Positions 30,201 through 41,652 of a stretch of 64,000 nucleotides of DNA are shown here, piece after piece. Positions within the stretch are counted from its first letter, which is position 1. Each line of letters starts with the position of its first letter. The stretch is from Styela clava (taxonomy: Eukaryota), in the NCBI RefSeq assembly GCF_964204865.1, contig NC_135259.1:6138001-6202000 (forward strand), given 5' to 3'. The position numbers and the translations under genes were made by a program. Under the pieces are notes generated by a model that saw nothing but the letters and a program-made list of their open reading frames with translations, was not told where the DNA came from and ran no database searches.

Positions 30201-33200
30201 TATTTTATTTTGTATAAGATAAAACTTCCATTTTGTATTTCTATAAAAAGCATCAAATTTGAAAAAAGCACATCTGAATTTTTAAAATTAACACTGTCAG
30301 ATATATTGAACTTGATTCAAACTAATATGAAGCAATATACATAGATTTGCACTGCAGTCTGCAAAGCAAAGTAAAACAAATGAAGAGCAAAGCAATGAAT
30401 TTTATAAACTTTGAAAATCAATTCTACAATAAAAGCAGAAAATATTTCTATTCGTTTGAACAATTAGTCCAAGTGATTATTCACCATCATTAGCTAACAA
30501 ATTATAGATGTATGATACAAATGCAAAATGAGCCATTTGATAGTAATTCTTGTAATAGAGTAGATCTGTTCAGTTAAATTATTATTAACCACTATTTGTA
30601 CAGCACAATAATAGGAACCTCATAGGAACCATAAGAATCTGATGTCTGGCAAATGGCTTTGTCAAGAGATTTGGAAAAAGACTGGGAAACCACAAATTAA
30701 AAATTCATATTGTGCTCTCTACACAACTGACGTTGAAGCAATCCAGACTAGACCCAGAGTAAACATCTGGCGCCCTAGCACAGTGTTACTATAAATTTTT
30801 CATTGAATATAGAGTTGTCTGCACTCTATTTCTCTCGGAAGAAATAGGCCAAACAGAAACAGAAGGTTGCAAAAAGAAATATCTGAAAAAATCAAAACTC
30901 TTCAATATTTCATCAGAATTTTATGATAACCAGAGAAAGACTCTTTCAGTTCTATCAAATGTTAAATAAAATGAATGGGTATTAATATTTTTTGTGCTAT
31001 TTTTAATATTATAAGGTGTCTTGAAAATGATAAATAATCCCAGCATAAAAGCAAACATTTTAAAAACAATGCACTGTTACCGTAATAAGTGATAAAGATT
31101 CAATCAAATTTGATTTACTAATTTAAAAATTTCCAACCAAACAAAAAATATGTAAATTATGTATATTATTAATATTTCTATGATTTAGTGGGATTCAAAC
31201 CCAATGAAATTTCACCAAAACTCAGAATACTTCAAAATCTCAAGCCAAGATGGTCAGTACAATAGTTAACAATGAATGATATATCAATCACTATCATCAA
31301 TATCTTGAGATCAGAATGCCCATTGTACTTTTTTTATCCAATGTTTATCTACCTATATTCATGAAAAGGTATGGGTCAAAAGGTGGGCATGTGGAATGAG
31401 AAAAGGTAGGTAGTACCTACTATAGTACTACTATAATAGTACCTACTATTACAAAATATCTTCAATTTAGCATTTTAAATTTCAAGCAAATAAATATCCA
31501 TCAATTAAATTGCATTATTGCATTCTCTTATCAAATCATTTCTTAACGTAAATTGTGTGTAATAAAAAGCTGTTCTAGGAAGTCACATTCTTTATAAAGG
31601 CTTATAATCTTGGAGCTTGCTATTTCAGATGGTATTTTCAAAATAAGCAAGCGCTACACTGTGGAAATATGAAATTTAAGCATTGTGTGATCATTTCTTT
31701 CAATACAAATTGTAATATTTAGTATCAATATAAACTATTTAGTTCATTAAAGCTAAACAAAGCATTACCGGCATATGAGATGTCAAGTTGTAATATTTAT
31801 TTGAATGATTATACCTTCACAGTTCAAAAACATTCAATAATAGGCTCTCTTGTTGATGTTAATCAGTTCGAGACAATGACTTGACAGAGGATTAGGAGTA
31901 AATGCGAGACTTAGAAAGGCCTGTTATTATAATATCCCATTCTCTCTTATTTATGTAGGATATGTTATCAAGTTTAGAATGTCTTTTGGTGTAATGAACA
32001 ACGGAGTAATTATGGATCGCCTGTGTACTTTATGGACACGATTTTGGCTATATGTGGTGTCGGAAGTTTTCATAACCGGTGTAAGTAGTAAGTAAAATCT
32101 TACATGATCAATCTATCAGATTTATTTATGACTGTGCCATGTATGATTAAAGGACAAAAGTCACACAATGTTGGTACAAGGGTAACTGGTAATCTGAAAA
32201 TTACAGACTGTATTTGGAAAGGATTTTTGATAAATATGTTCGAAATGGGTGAGGAATTTTACTGGTATTAACTAAATATTTGTAGCTAATGCTTATAAAC
32301 GTCATCGAAGGTAAATTCTCATATATTCATTTATCCCATAAATCTGTAAAATCCGTACTTACCCACCTATACATTGGAATAGATGGCATAATGTAGAATT
32401 TGCAATCTCCAAAATACGCAAAACAAAGTTAGCTGAATAGCTTTTAACAAAATGAAAGACTTTATGATATTGGAGTGACGGAAAAATACCACTACATTTA
32501 TCAGAATGAAATAAATAAATTGAAGTATTTCAGTTATATAAATATGTATGCATGAAAAAGTTGGTCTAATGTAAAAATTGCAATCCTTTATTAATAAACA
32601 ATGCCTAAAATTCATTGATTTCATAGAGAATAGGTCAAACATAGTCTACGTCATGGTGTGAGATAAACTAAAACAGTTAGGTTAACTTTTCAATTATTTT
32701 TCAAAGTAATTGACTAAGATTATGTTATTGGCAACAGAAACTAATTCCATGATTTGTGTGGGTTTGTAATGATGCAACAAAACGTATCGAAAAACATTAA
32801 TCCAGATTTAGTTACACCAAACTTTGACTAACATCTCTCGATATGATTCAACCACAAACTAATATCAATTTAAGAATAAATCATGATGCGAAATTTTGCC
32901 TGAGGCTTGGTGTTCTTATGTTGTACTGAGAAAATTCCTTCGCAAAATTTGCTAAATATTATATGGGAAGTAAACAGTTTCATGTTGTCCACTTTGTTGA
33001 CTAGTTATTAAATATAGATGAGAGCCATCTATGGTTTGTTCACTAATATGAATCATAATATTTGTCCCATTTATTTAAATGACTGAAAATAACTGCACTA
33101 AGTAAAATGTAAGGCGATCCTTGTATGGCATACAAAAGCTTATGATGTCATAAGATGGCAAAACAACTTTTATCAGTATTGTCAAAATTTTATTGTGATT

Positions 33201-35784
33201 GCAAATTTTGAAAAACATTGTCTGATTATTAGTCAAATTTTTGTTGAACTAACAGGGATATAACAAAGTTTTATAATCAGTGAGAAATAAATATTTTTAA
33301 CAACCAAAATTTCAATTTTGAAAAATAATAATTGTTATTGATGATAAATGTTGGGATCATAATTGATCAATAGATGAATTTTGATGAAATATTTCACAAT
33401 ATGTAAGAAATACTACAGCCTAAGCTTACAGTTTTGTGCGGTCACAGCAACGTAACCAAATCCAGACACTTGATAATATAACAATAGGTTTAGCACCGTA
33501 AATCAACAATCTTATGAATAGTGTTCTTTTGTTCAAAGAACAAAGACTATACATTTTTATTTCATATTCTATAACAAAGCAGAGCATGTTTCTCATTCTG
33601 ATTAAGCTATCCGATTAAAAGCGTTCGGATCCGAAATCTCTATTTGGTCCCTTCCTTTGTTACCAATTATCAATGTGGCCAAATTATAGTGGACTTTAAA
33701 CATGTAGAAACAAAAGACTTTAGTGACCAGAAATCCTAATAATGTATACTATGTATGCTTCAGTACAAAACAAATTGAAATGAAATGCTTTTGTCCTGAA
33801 TTCCATTATTAAAAGTTACTTTGATTGAGCTTGTGAGCTCCTGTGGCTCGCAATCATGAAATAGATCAAAGATATATTTTTGTTCAGGGATTTCCAAATT
33901 ACTATGATAAAATTAGGTTGTCATTCAAAAGGTTACAGAAAGAAAGATTTCTATATTCACTATGAATATATATTATTATGAATTATATTTTATTATCAAA
34001 AATAAATTTCACAAAAGATTTCTAAAAATTTTATATCCATGTTTATACATAAGCTACATGTCTATTTTGACAGTGGACAAAACCTCTATATAAAGATCCA
34101 GTATATAAAATGACGAATCATACAAAAAAAAGAAACTGTAGTATCAACTCACCAATACATGAATGTACTCTGACTGAAAGCAGTGTACGAACTATCACTG
34201 AATTTCTTTTTCTGTAAAAAGCAAATAGGAGAACTTGATTAACAGGGAAAAAATAATAAAAACACATACAATTTGCAAGTTAAGAAAAATAACATAAAAG
34301 GATGTGTGACATTACAAACAACAGCCATAACAGTCGAAAAATATTTTCAAACTAGAACATTCATAGAAAATTAAAAAAAATTATGGCAATAACATGAGCA
34401 AATGTATTAATAATCCAATTTGGCTTTATTTTTTGGCTTATTGAATGTAAAATTGTAAATTAACTAGGTCAAACATTAATTATAAATCATTCTTATGACA
34501 ATAAAATGGCAATAGTGGTATCAAAAGGCCCAATTTATGCCACATATAAATAAACTATCATTAACTTATTATAGGGGTCCAAATAATAAGTGAAAATAGG
34601 AAATCATTTTGTAGCAATGACAATCCTTCATCACAGCTATTTTGTTGGGTGACATACCATCTTGAAAAGTAAATATTTACACCTACGTCTGTTTGCCGCA
34701 TCATTCAAGTATAAATATATAATAGTTAAGTGTTTTGCAAGCAACGCTTAAATGCTCAAAATAAAATATACTTTATTGAAATAGTTAATAATATGCGGCC
34801 CATTTAAAAAATGTACATTCATGAGCCAGCATCAGTTAATGAAGTAACTCACTTTTCCTGTATTTTTAAAAGCCAATTTATACATGGTACTGAATGTTAC
34901 TTTATTTAAAGCCTATAGGTGCAAATACCATAATATGACAAGGTAGCTTTTTCAGCCTCAATTTACAGTACTGATTTTATGTTTCCACAAAGAGAGAACT
35001 CGAAAATAGAAATATCTTGAAATTTATTGTTGACCGCAACCTGTATTGCTTTAAAGAATATAAATAAACTACAGCGATTCATCTTTTCACATTAGGCTAC
35101 ATAGAGCGGACATCTTTCAGAGATTTTGTATGAAGATCTTCCCGAAAACATTGCAAATATCTTACCCATCGGTGAAAAACTTTTCAAACTCTTCCTTTTG
35201 TTCAGTAATTGAAAGATCCAAATCTAAATATGCTCCAGTATGTGATATCTGAAGTGTGCAGTCATCAATCTGAAAAAATAAGCAATAAAAGTTAAGATAT
35301 TTTCAGTTCTGATTGGAGCGGACAAAAACCTAAAAGATTAGTCAGATAACTTGATTACATGATATAAATTTAGACAAAAACTTGGTGATAAATCCAAACG
35401 TGCTTGGAGCATCAGCAAAACTCCAATAGTTGAACTAGTGGTTAAATTTCCATGGAGTATTTGCATAGGGAATTTAATCTTTTTTAACAACAAAGGCTAA
35501 TCTGATGACTGCTCCACAGACCAAAATGCAAATGGACATAAGTCAAAATGCTCAATAATAAGGAATTCCTTTACCTTGTGAGGGGCTTTGAGAAGCCTAT
35601 GAACTCCTGCTAATTGTTCACATAAAGGTAAATCCACATTGAAAGTATAACTTGGTGGTCGAGTTGGTTCAGGAAAATTAGTTGATGAAAAGGGATCGGT
35701 GTCATCCAAATATTGGACTCGGCATGTCAACCACTGTGACCCATTCGCCACAGTTGTCAAGTGACCAGCATAGTCAGAAGGCAT
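209..35784 (-). CDS. FHOD3: FH1/FH2 domain-containing formin (FHOD1/FHOD3 family); 25 coding exons in window (~1374 codons), final exon lies beyond the left edge
   Basis: Phase-consistent GT-AG exons: 35575-35784 ([24 protein letters not shown]), 35166-35269, 34153-34211, 30039-30106 ([23 protein letters not shown]), 27460-27565 ([32 protein letters not shown]), 23206-23300 ([16 protein letters not shown]), 22255-22366 ([18 protein letters not shown]), 17459-17637, 16399-16458, 15824-15891, 13816-14145, 12197-12322, 10469-10530, 9969-10058, 8689-9395, 7889-8152 (poly-Pro FH1, RTVRLFWKE), 7388-7513, 6846-7001 ([23 protein letters not shown]), 5377-5559, 5131-5250 (GNFLNG), 4226-4387, 3803-3993, 2771-2963 ([15 protein letters not shown]), 917-1034, 209-442 (DAD: [21 protein letters not shown] then GTAAG donor). 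Probably co-ortholog of vertebrate FHOD1 and FHOD3. Confidence 0.95.
1537..1763. mobile_element. Short hAT-like MITE
   Basis: CACGGGTGCAAC..GGCCCGCGGGCC..GTTGCACACCCCTG. Confidence 0.65.
3161..3469. mobile_element. hAT-like MITE in FHOD intron
   Basis: TIR CAGTGGTTCCCAAA...TTTGGGAACCACTG; GCGGGCC motifs; TTTTAAAT near both ends. Confidence 0.82.
4482..4690 (+). mobile_element. Diverged SINE copy in FHOD intron
   Basis: GCTAGGAATACGCTTGTAATCGCAACTCT..GGGGATAATTA..GAGAATTACTGG resembles the 46175 copy. Confidence 0.55.
5776..5980. mobile_element. Tc1/mariner-like MITE
   Basis: TA-flanked TIR CAGGGTGTCCAAAAAGTT...AACTTTTTGGACACCCTG; sits just inside a CAGTGTTTCTCAACC end at ~5650. Confidence 0.82.
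7889..8152 (-). CDS. FHOD3: FHOD exon encoding the FH1 poly-proline tracts and start of FH2
   Basis: [52 protein letters not shown], flanked by ttctacag acceptor and GTGAA donor. Confidence 0.93.
11695..11821. repeat. Imperfect hairpin (~52-bp arms, ~23-nt spacer), likely a palindromic MITE
   Basis: AAATTTTGGTGCTCCCGAAGTATTCCTACCCAGATGGCGCACAACCTGAACA pairs with TGTTCAGGTTGTTCGTCATCTTGGTACGAATATTTCCGGAGCGCCCAAATTT. Confidence 0.8.
25444..25592. mobile_element. Short hAT-like MITE
   Basis: TSD GTGTAGAG on both sides; right end TTGCCCACCCCTG; CCCGCGGGCC motif. Confidence 0.75.
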
Positions 35785-38700
35785 CTCGGAAAGTGGAGAA
35801 TGAAATCAGCCACATTAATAAAATTTAAGTTCTGTATATCAAAGCTGTGCAAAAATTAAATTGTACATAATGAACTATATTTTGAACAGTGGTGAATGGC
35901 GATTTAAAAACTTGAAGATCCCTGATTATATTAACTAAATTTGATCTATGCAAGGCGGAATAATGCTGATATGGATAACTCCTGCTAATGTTCCCTGTTT
36001 TTGGCTCATGGCAAATTCTACAGGAATTTCACAGTAACAAAAATTCCAATATATCCTCCTTTTTGATAATCTGGAACATGCCTGACAATTAAACATTTAT
36101 TTCTCTGATGTATTGATACCATCCAATCTCCTAATCTAAATAGGCCACTTATATATTCATGAATACAGAAACCAATGTACTAAGGGTATGATATTATAGA
36201 AGTCCAATTAAATGGACAAAATCATATTAAACCTAGTGGTTACAAAGATTTTAGCTCTTTTTTTATTTCTATAACATTTGACATTATCCAAATCGCAATA
36301 AAGTCAAAATTACCAACGCGTAATATCACACAAAACATCACATGAACCAAAACAGACAACTGTATCTCATAACACTGTTATAATTGCCAGACAAGACAGC
36401 ATTCCATGACACTCATCTCCCGGACACTCCATTCACGGACGTGTGAATACATAATCACTTCCTATGCATGCTTATTACTCGGTATATACATCAACATGAC
36501 TCAAACTTAATAATATGGAATATACGTCCATGGTCCTCCAAAAACGACCATACAAAAAACGGCTGATTACGGACTGAAGGGATTGAGAGACATCTTATAT
36601 ATTACAAAGTGGGATTTTCATATTTATCTTGTGAGATAAGAAATTCGATAAGACAGTAAGACGGCTTATCAAAGAGAATCAAATAATAATGTATTCACTG
36701 ATAACCCCCAGCTATCCTTGGATAAACCTATTAGCTGAGAAATATTCCAAACATAAAACAACAAACTTGATGAATTGGCCTGCGCTATTTCTGCATTCAA
36801 CCGCCGCCACATACTCCACCGCAAAATACGAGTGATTAGCCCACTGTCTACGATCCATCCTTTTCTTTCACCTGAAATAGCTGAGGGCAACTTTGCCTGC
36901 TTCGTGAACTTTCAAGTACTGGAAGTTTACTAACGATCTTGAATGACTCACAACAATAAAAACAATCGGACATTCTCCTTAACAGGCCTAAATAAAACTT
37001 AAATCAAAATGCTTCTTCGCTGTTAAAATTTAAAATCATCATCTCTATGATTAATGACGCTTTACGGGTTCCAGAAACGTTATGCTGAGATTTAAACCTA
37101 TAACTCGGGTTTGGTATACGACGAGTGAGAAATAAAAACAAATTTTACAACTGTGGGCGTAAAATTAAAATCACGACCACGATATGAAGAACTAAAAATA
37201 AAGGCATCCGTTAGTTTACGAATTAAATTTATCAATTGGAATAATGATGTCATAATAAAACCTATACCTCCTTAGACGTCATAAACAAAATAGCTAACGG
37301 TACAGTGATGATGCAAGACGTATTAAATTAATGATCTATCACGGCGACGCTTGATTTGTCAGCATTCCGCAGAAAACGATTTGCCTGCAGTATTTTGTAT
37401 CGTAATAACGTGCTACCCGAAGCTCCATTCAATCTTCAATTTACGGCACTTAAGTAAACTAGGCATACTTTGATCTCTGGGAAACGGATTGTTTGTTAAC
37501 AGGTATTAGCCGCGCTCACTTCGGCGCCATATTTGCGAAACGAATCAAGAAATCCGGTTCAGGTTTTCCGTGATGATGGGGAAATACGACACTCCGCTTA
37601 TCGTTGTTAACGGATTTGGTACAACGTCATATTTGGCATATCAGCTAACATATAATATTGCGTCAAATTCCGGAAAAAAACAAAAATACGCTATTTTTTA
37701 ACAAACGCTGATATGTAAATTCCGTGTTAAAATACTTTCATTTTCTCATAGTAAATCAACTGATAGGTAAGCATGGATAACAACATATCGAGATAACAGT
37801 AACATATTACGTCAAATGTATGAGGTTAATCCTCGGCTATGTTACGTAGAACATGTTTTTTTCAATGAACATATAGGGCAAATGAAAAGTAACAATCGAG
37901 AATGAATGTTTGAATGCATAAACTGGAGTACGCTGAAAAACAGTTAAAAGACATAGAAACCTCATGATTTTACCTGGTGAAAATGAGCGCAAAGTAATGG
38001 GGTTTGGATTAACTAAAACAAATTTATTTGGTTAGCATTCGATCGGATGCAGTGCTGAAATATACAAATAAGATTAAAATTTTTATTGCACTCGTCTACC
38101 AAAGTGACCTATTTTACTTCAGTAATCGAACCCCTTCATGTACCGACAATTTGATACGCGTAAGCTTTAATTGCATTCTAATTAGTTTGCAAGATTTCTT
38201 TGAGCAAATCGAACTATTTGTAATAGGACGATATCTTACCCACGCTGGGGCCAGAGGGGGGGCTTGTCTTTTATCAGGCTTTTACTCAGATTTATACCTG
38301 ATATCCCACTACCACTTACTGGTAATCTGTGCCTACAAACGCCACCATGAAATGATAATTCATCGCTGAATACCACCAGCATCGCATCAAATTACGATTT
38401 TATAAACAGGCGGTTAATATCATATCTCGATGATTTATGATCGTTTTAAGCAATATTTTTACGCAAAATGGAATTTGGGAAACATTCCACTACATTTAAA
38501 TATGAAAAAGGTCCTTCCTGGGCAATACAGCATTATCACAAAGACTAATTAAATCGCTTGTTAATAAACGGCTTTCAAGCGTGGAACTTGACAATGCCGT
38601 TCTATCAGAGATTACACCTAAAAAACGGTTGATGACAGTTTCGTGGAAACTTTCACCAAAATCGTTCATTTGCTGAAATTGATTTCTCTTCACACGCTGG

Positions 38701-38829
38701 CTCTAACCACTCGCTGATAGTTTTCACAAATGTATACTCATCAGGAACATATTATAAAACCCCATTCGCATATACCATATATCGAATATGAAAGATTCTA
38801 GTAATCTAAGACCACAGCATACTAATGAA

Positions 38830-39500
38830 ATTACCCGCGCCTTGCTCGGAGCGATGGGGTAATTCACTTCATCAAATTCTTTCAAACCTGAATTAGTCGC
38901 AAAAAGGGTTCTCGTTAAAGTATATGAGAAAAAATAATTAGCATACTGTAAGAGTAATCGCGATATCACCACCCATAACGAGCGAGCGATCTCCACTCGA
39001 GACTAAACAAACTGCCTCTCAACATGCGCGACGTTCTATCATTTTTTCTTTTTTTCGCATTAATTTTTATTGGCTCCACAGCGCCCTCTCACGCTTTCTA
39101 TCATAGAAAATTATCAACGAAGATATATGTGGGTGATTCCCCTTAGAACACGTGACAATCCCCTTGCTATATTGACCAAAGTGAGTTTTTAGTAATGTCT
39201 TGCTGTCTTATCTTGTTGGAAATCAGGTCGTGTTCTGCAATGGTGTTAAGATGGGATCGTCATTCTTCATATCAGGGTGAACTGTGTCTGTGAACTGATT
39301 TTAATGTATAAACTACGGCGTCGTACTTTTTGCATAGCCCGCCATATCGCGATTTGTATGGTAGCCTAGATTCGGAAATTGCATAGCTGGATTGTAAGGG
39401 CATTGTTTCTCCAAGTTTCTAGGCTTATCATTATATGACCAATAACGAAAATGAGGCGCAAGTTCACCTAACGCCATTTCCTTAAAATAATATGGCGGGT
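38830..39500. promoter_or_regulatory. Candidate bidirectional promoter region between FHOD (-) and MMAB/SARS2 (+)
   Basis: Locally CpG-rich; minus-strand donor (GG|GTAA) at ~38834 fits a FHOD 5'UTR exon; YY1-like CGCCAT/ATGGCG motifs at ~39340, ~39472, ~39492. Confidence 0.4.
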
Positions 39501-39578
39501 ACTAGGTTATACAGTAATCCGAACAGAATATGCAAAGGACCATTGCTAAAGGTTTCTTCAAATCCTAATTATCTAGAT

Positions 39579-39978
39579 CAGGGGTCGACAAACTTTTGTC
39601 GCTCGTGGGCTAAAAAAAAAGTTGCAAGTCATTGGCGGGCCGCACATATTTTTAGAAAGTTTAAAACCGAATGGATGGCCGATAGCCTAAATCAAATTTT
39701 TCCACGCAGATCAGAAGTTAAATTCTAAGCAGCGTGCGAAGACTGACAATTTGAATATTTTCTGCGTCATCAAACCATTTGCACTTAGCATCAACTTTTC
39801 TGCGTTTTGTTGTCATTTGTCATTATTTGTGAATTATATACTTGTTACGTTATAATCTAATCTACATAAAGAATATGTTACGTAAAGAATATAATCGTCA
39901 AAACAGCTGTTTTGTTACTATAATTCAGTGAAGCGTCGCGGGCCGGATTATATTGCACCGCAGGCCGGATCCGACCTG
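39579..39978. mobile_element. hAT-like MITE (same family as 47490-47970) upstream of MMAB
   Basis: CAGGGGTCGAC start, GCGGGCCG motifs, ..GACCTG end, perfect TSD ATCTAGAT. Confidence 0.85.
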
Positions 39979-40371
39979 ATCTAGATAGTAGGCTATAACT
40001 TCGAGTCTCCAGGGACGGTGCTTAGTAACCAGCTTTGGTTTTGCATGGCTTTTCTTTCCGCTAAAATTATGTGTCCAATTTTTTCATAATTTTGTATGCT
40101 ATTGTTGTTTTTACTGCCCGAAAAAATAAAGTTGAATATGACTTATGATTCATACTTGCGAGAGGTAAGCAGTATATATGTGTTTTGAATCTGACCTCAA
40201 AGTTTTCTTTTTTTTGTTGGTTATCCAGTCTCCCTAGCTACGTTACTGTTGATTTTGTGTGTGTGTTCACTAATATGGGTATTTCATCCACTTATAAACA
40301 TTTTTTTCCAGATTCCCTGTGTTTAGAATAAATATTTGCATTGAAGCTTTTGGTACTAGCTCCTGACAACA

Positions 40372-41142
40372 ATGATGCGGAGAGTTGCTCTTCATTTTGT
40401 GAAAAACACTTGGTGTGACGGCCTTTTTGGGAAAGCAGAGCAGTTACCTAAAAGATCCATAATTTTATCAGCCTTTAAAAATAACAACACATCGGAAACG
40501 CAATCGAAGGTTCCTAAAATATACACAAGGACTGGAGACCAGGGGACTAGCAGTCTATTTACAGGTGAAAGACGTCCAAAAAATGATTTCGTTTTTGATA
40601 CTCTTGGAGATGTCGATGAAGTATCATGTAATGTGGGATTATCAAAAAACACAATGATGGAGTCGTGGCAGAATGAAAATTTTAAGGAACTTGCAAATCA
40701 GTTTGAGAAAATTCAATCTGTGCTCCAGGATGTAAATTCTTGTGTTGCTACTCCTTTGAGTTCCGCATCGGAAGCTAGATTAGAGCGAGTTAAATTTGAC
40801 GATGGGCTTACTGAAGAGTTAGAAGAATGGATTGATTTTTATACTGCTGAACTACCTGCTTTGAAAAACTTTATTTTGCCATCTGGAGGATTAGCCGCTA
40901 CACACATCCATGTCACAAGAAGTGTTTGTAGAAGAGCTGAAAGAAAAGTCGCGTCTCTTGCTGCTTCTGGTGAAATTCATGGTGATATTTCAAAATACAT
41001 GAACCGTTTGAGTGATTATTTTTTTACAATTGCACGCTATGTTGCAATGATGGAAGGTCATGTTGAAAAAATATATAAAAAACCAAAAAGGAAGACAGAG
41101 AGTATAGATGCGAATTTAGAAGACAAAATGGAAGATGCTTGA
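40372..41142 (+). CDS. MMAB: Mitochondrial ATP:cob(I)alamin adenosyltransferase (PduO-type), single coding exon, 256 aa
   Basis: Motifs PKIYTRTGDQGTSSLFTGERRPKND, FILPSGG, H..RSVCRRAER, YMNRLSDYFFTIARY; basic N-terminal presequence-like segment. Candidate 5'UTR intron 40165(GT)-40311(AG); AATAAA at 41432-41437. Confidence 0.96.
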   Translation: MMRRVALHFVKNTWCDGLFGKAEQLPKRSIILSAFKNNNTSETQSKVPKIYTRTGDQGTSSLFTGERRPKNDFVFDTLGDVDEVSCNVGLSKNTMMESWQNENFKELANQFEKIQSVLQDVNSCVATPLSSASEARLERVKFDDGLTEELEEWIDFYTAELPALKNFILPSGGLAATHIHVTRSVCRRAERKVASLAASGEIHGDISKYMNRLSDYFFTIARYVAMMEGHVEKIYKKPKRKTESIDANLEDKMEDA

Positions 41143-41652
41143 ATTTCCATCGGTTTAAATATCATGTTGATGTTCTTTATTTTATTTTTTTTGTGCAACT
41201 AAATTTTCGAGTATTATTAGCCATGTACATATTGGGGTTCTCATATACAATATAAAAATAATATGTAGAAAAAGCATATTTACACAGGCATTGATTGGAT
41301 TCATGTTTTATCTGATTGTTGTCTTGTTCAGGAGGGTTTCTCATCGTTTCGTAAGTTATAGTATAATTTTAAACTATGGCTTTCAAATTGTCCCATATAA
41401 AAACATTCTATATGAAACACAATACCTTGTTAATAAAAAGAAATAAGATTGAATAGAATCATTTGTTTTCTTAAAATATATCATTTTAATAGTTTTGTTG
41501 TGGAATATTGTTTATCTAAATTTTTCCATGTCTCTATTGTTATATTGGTTGTATGAAACTGGTTTATGCCATAACCCTAACCCAGATCTGTTTATTTAGA
41601 TCAGCCGAAGTAATTCTAAACGTATGGAGTTTGTTGAAAATTAAATTTCCTA

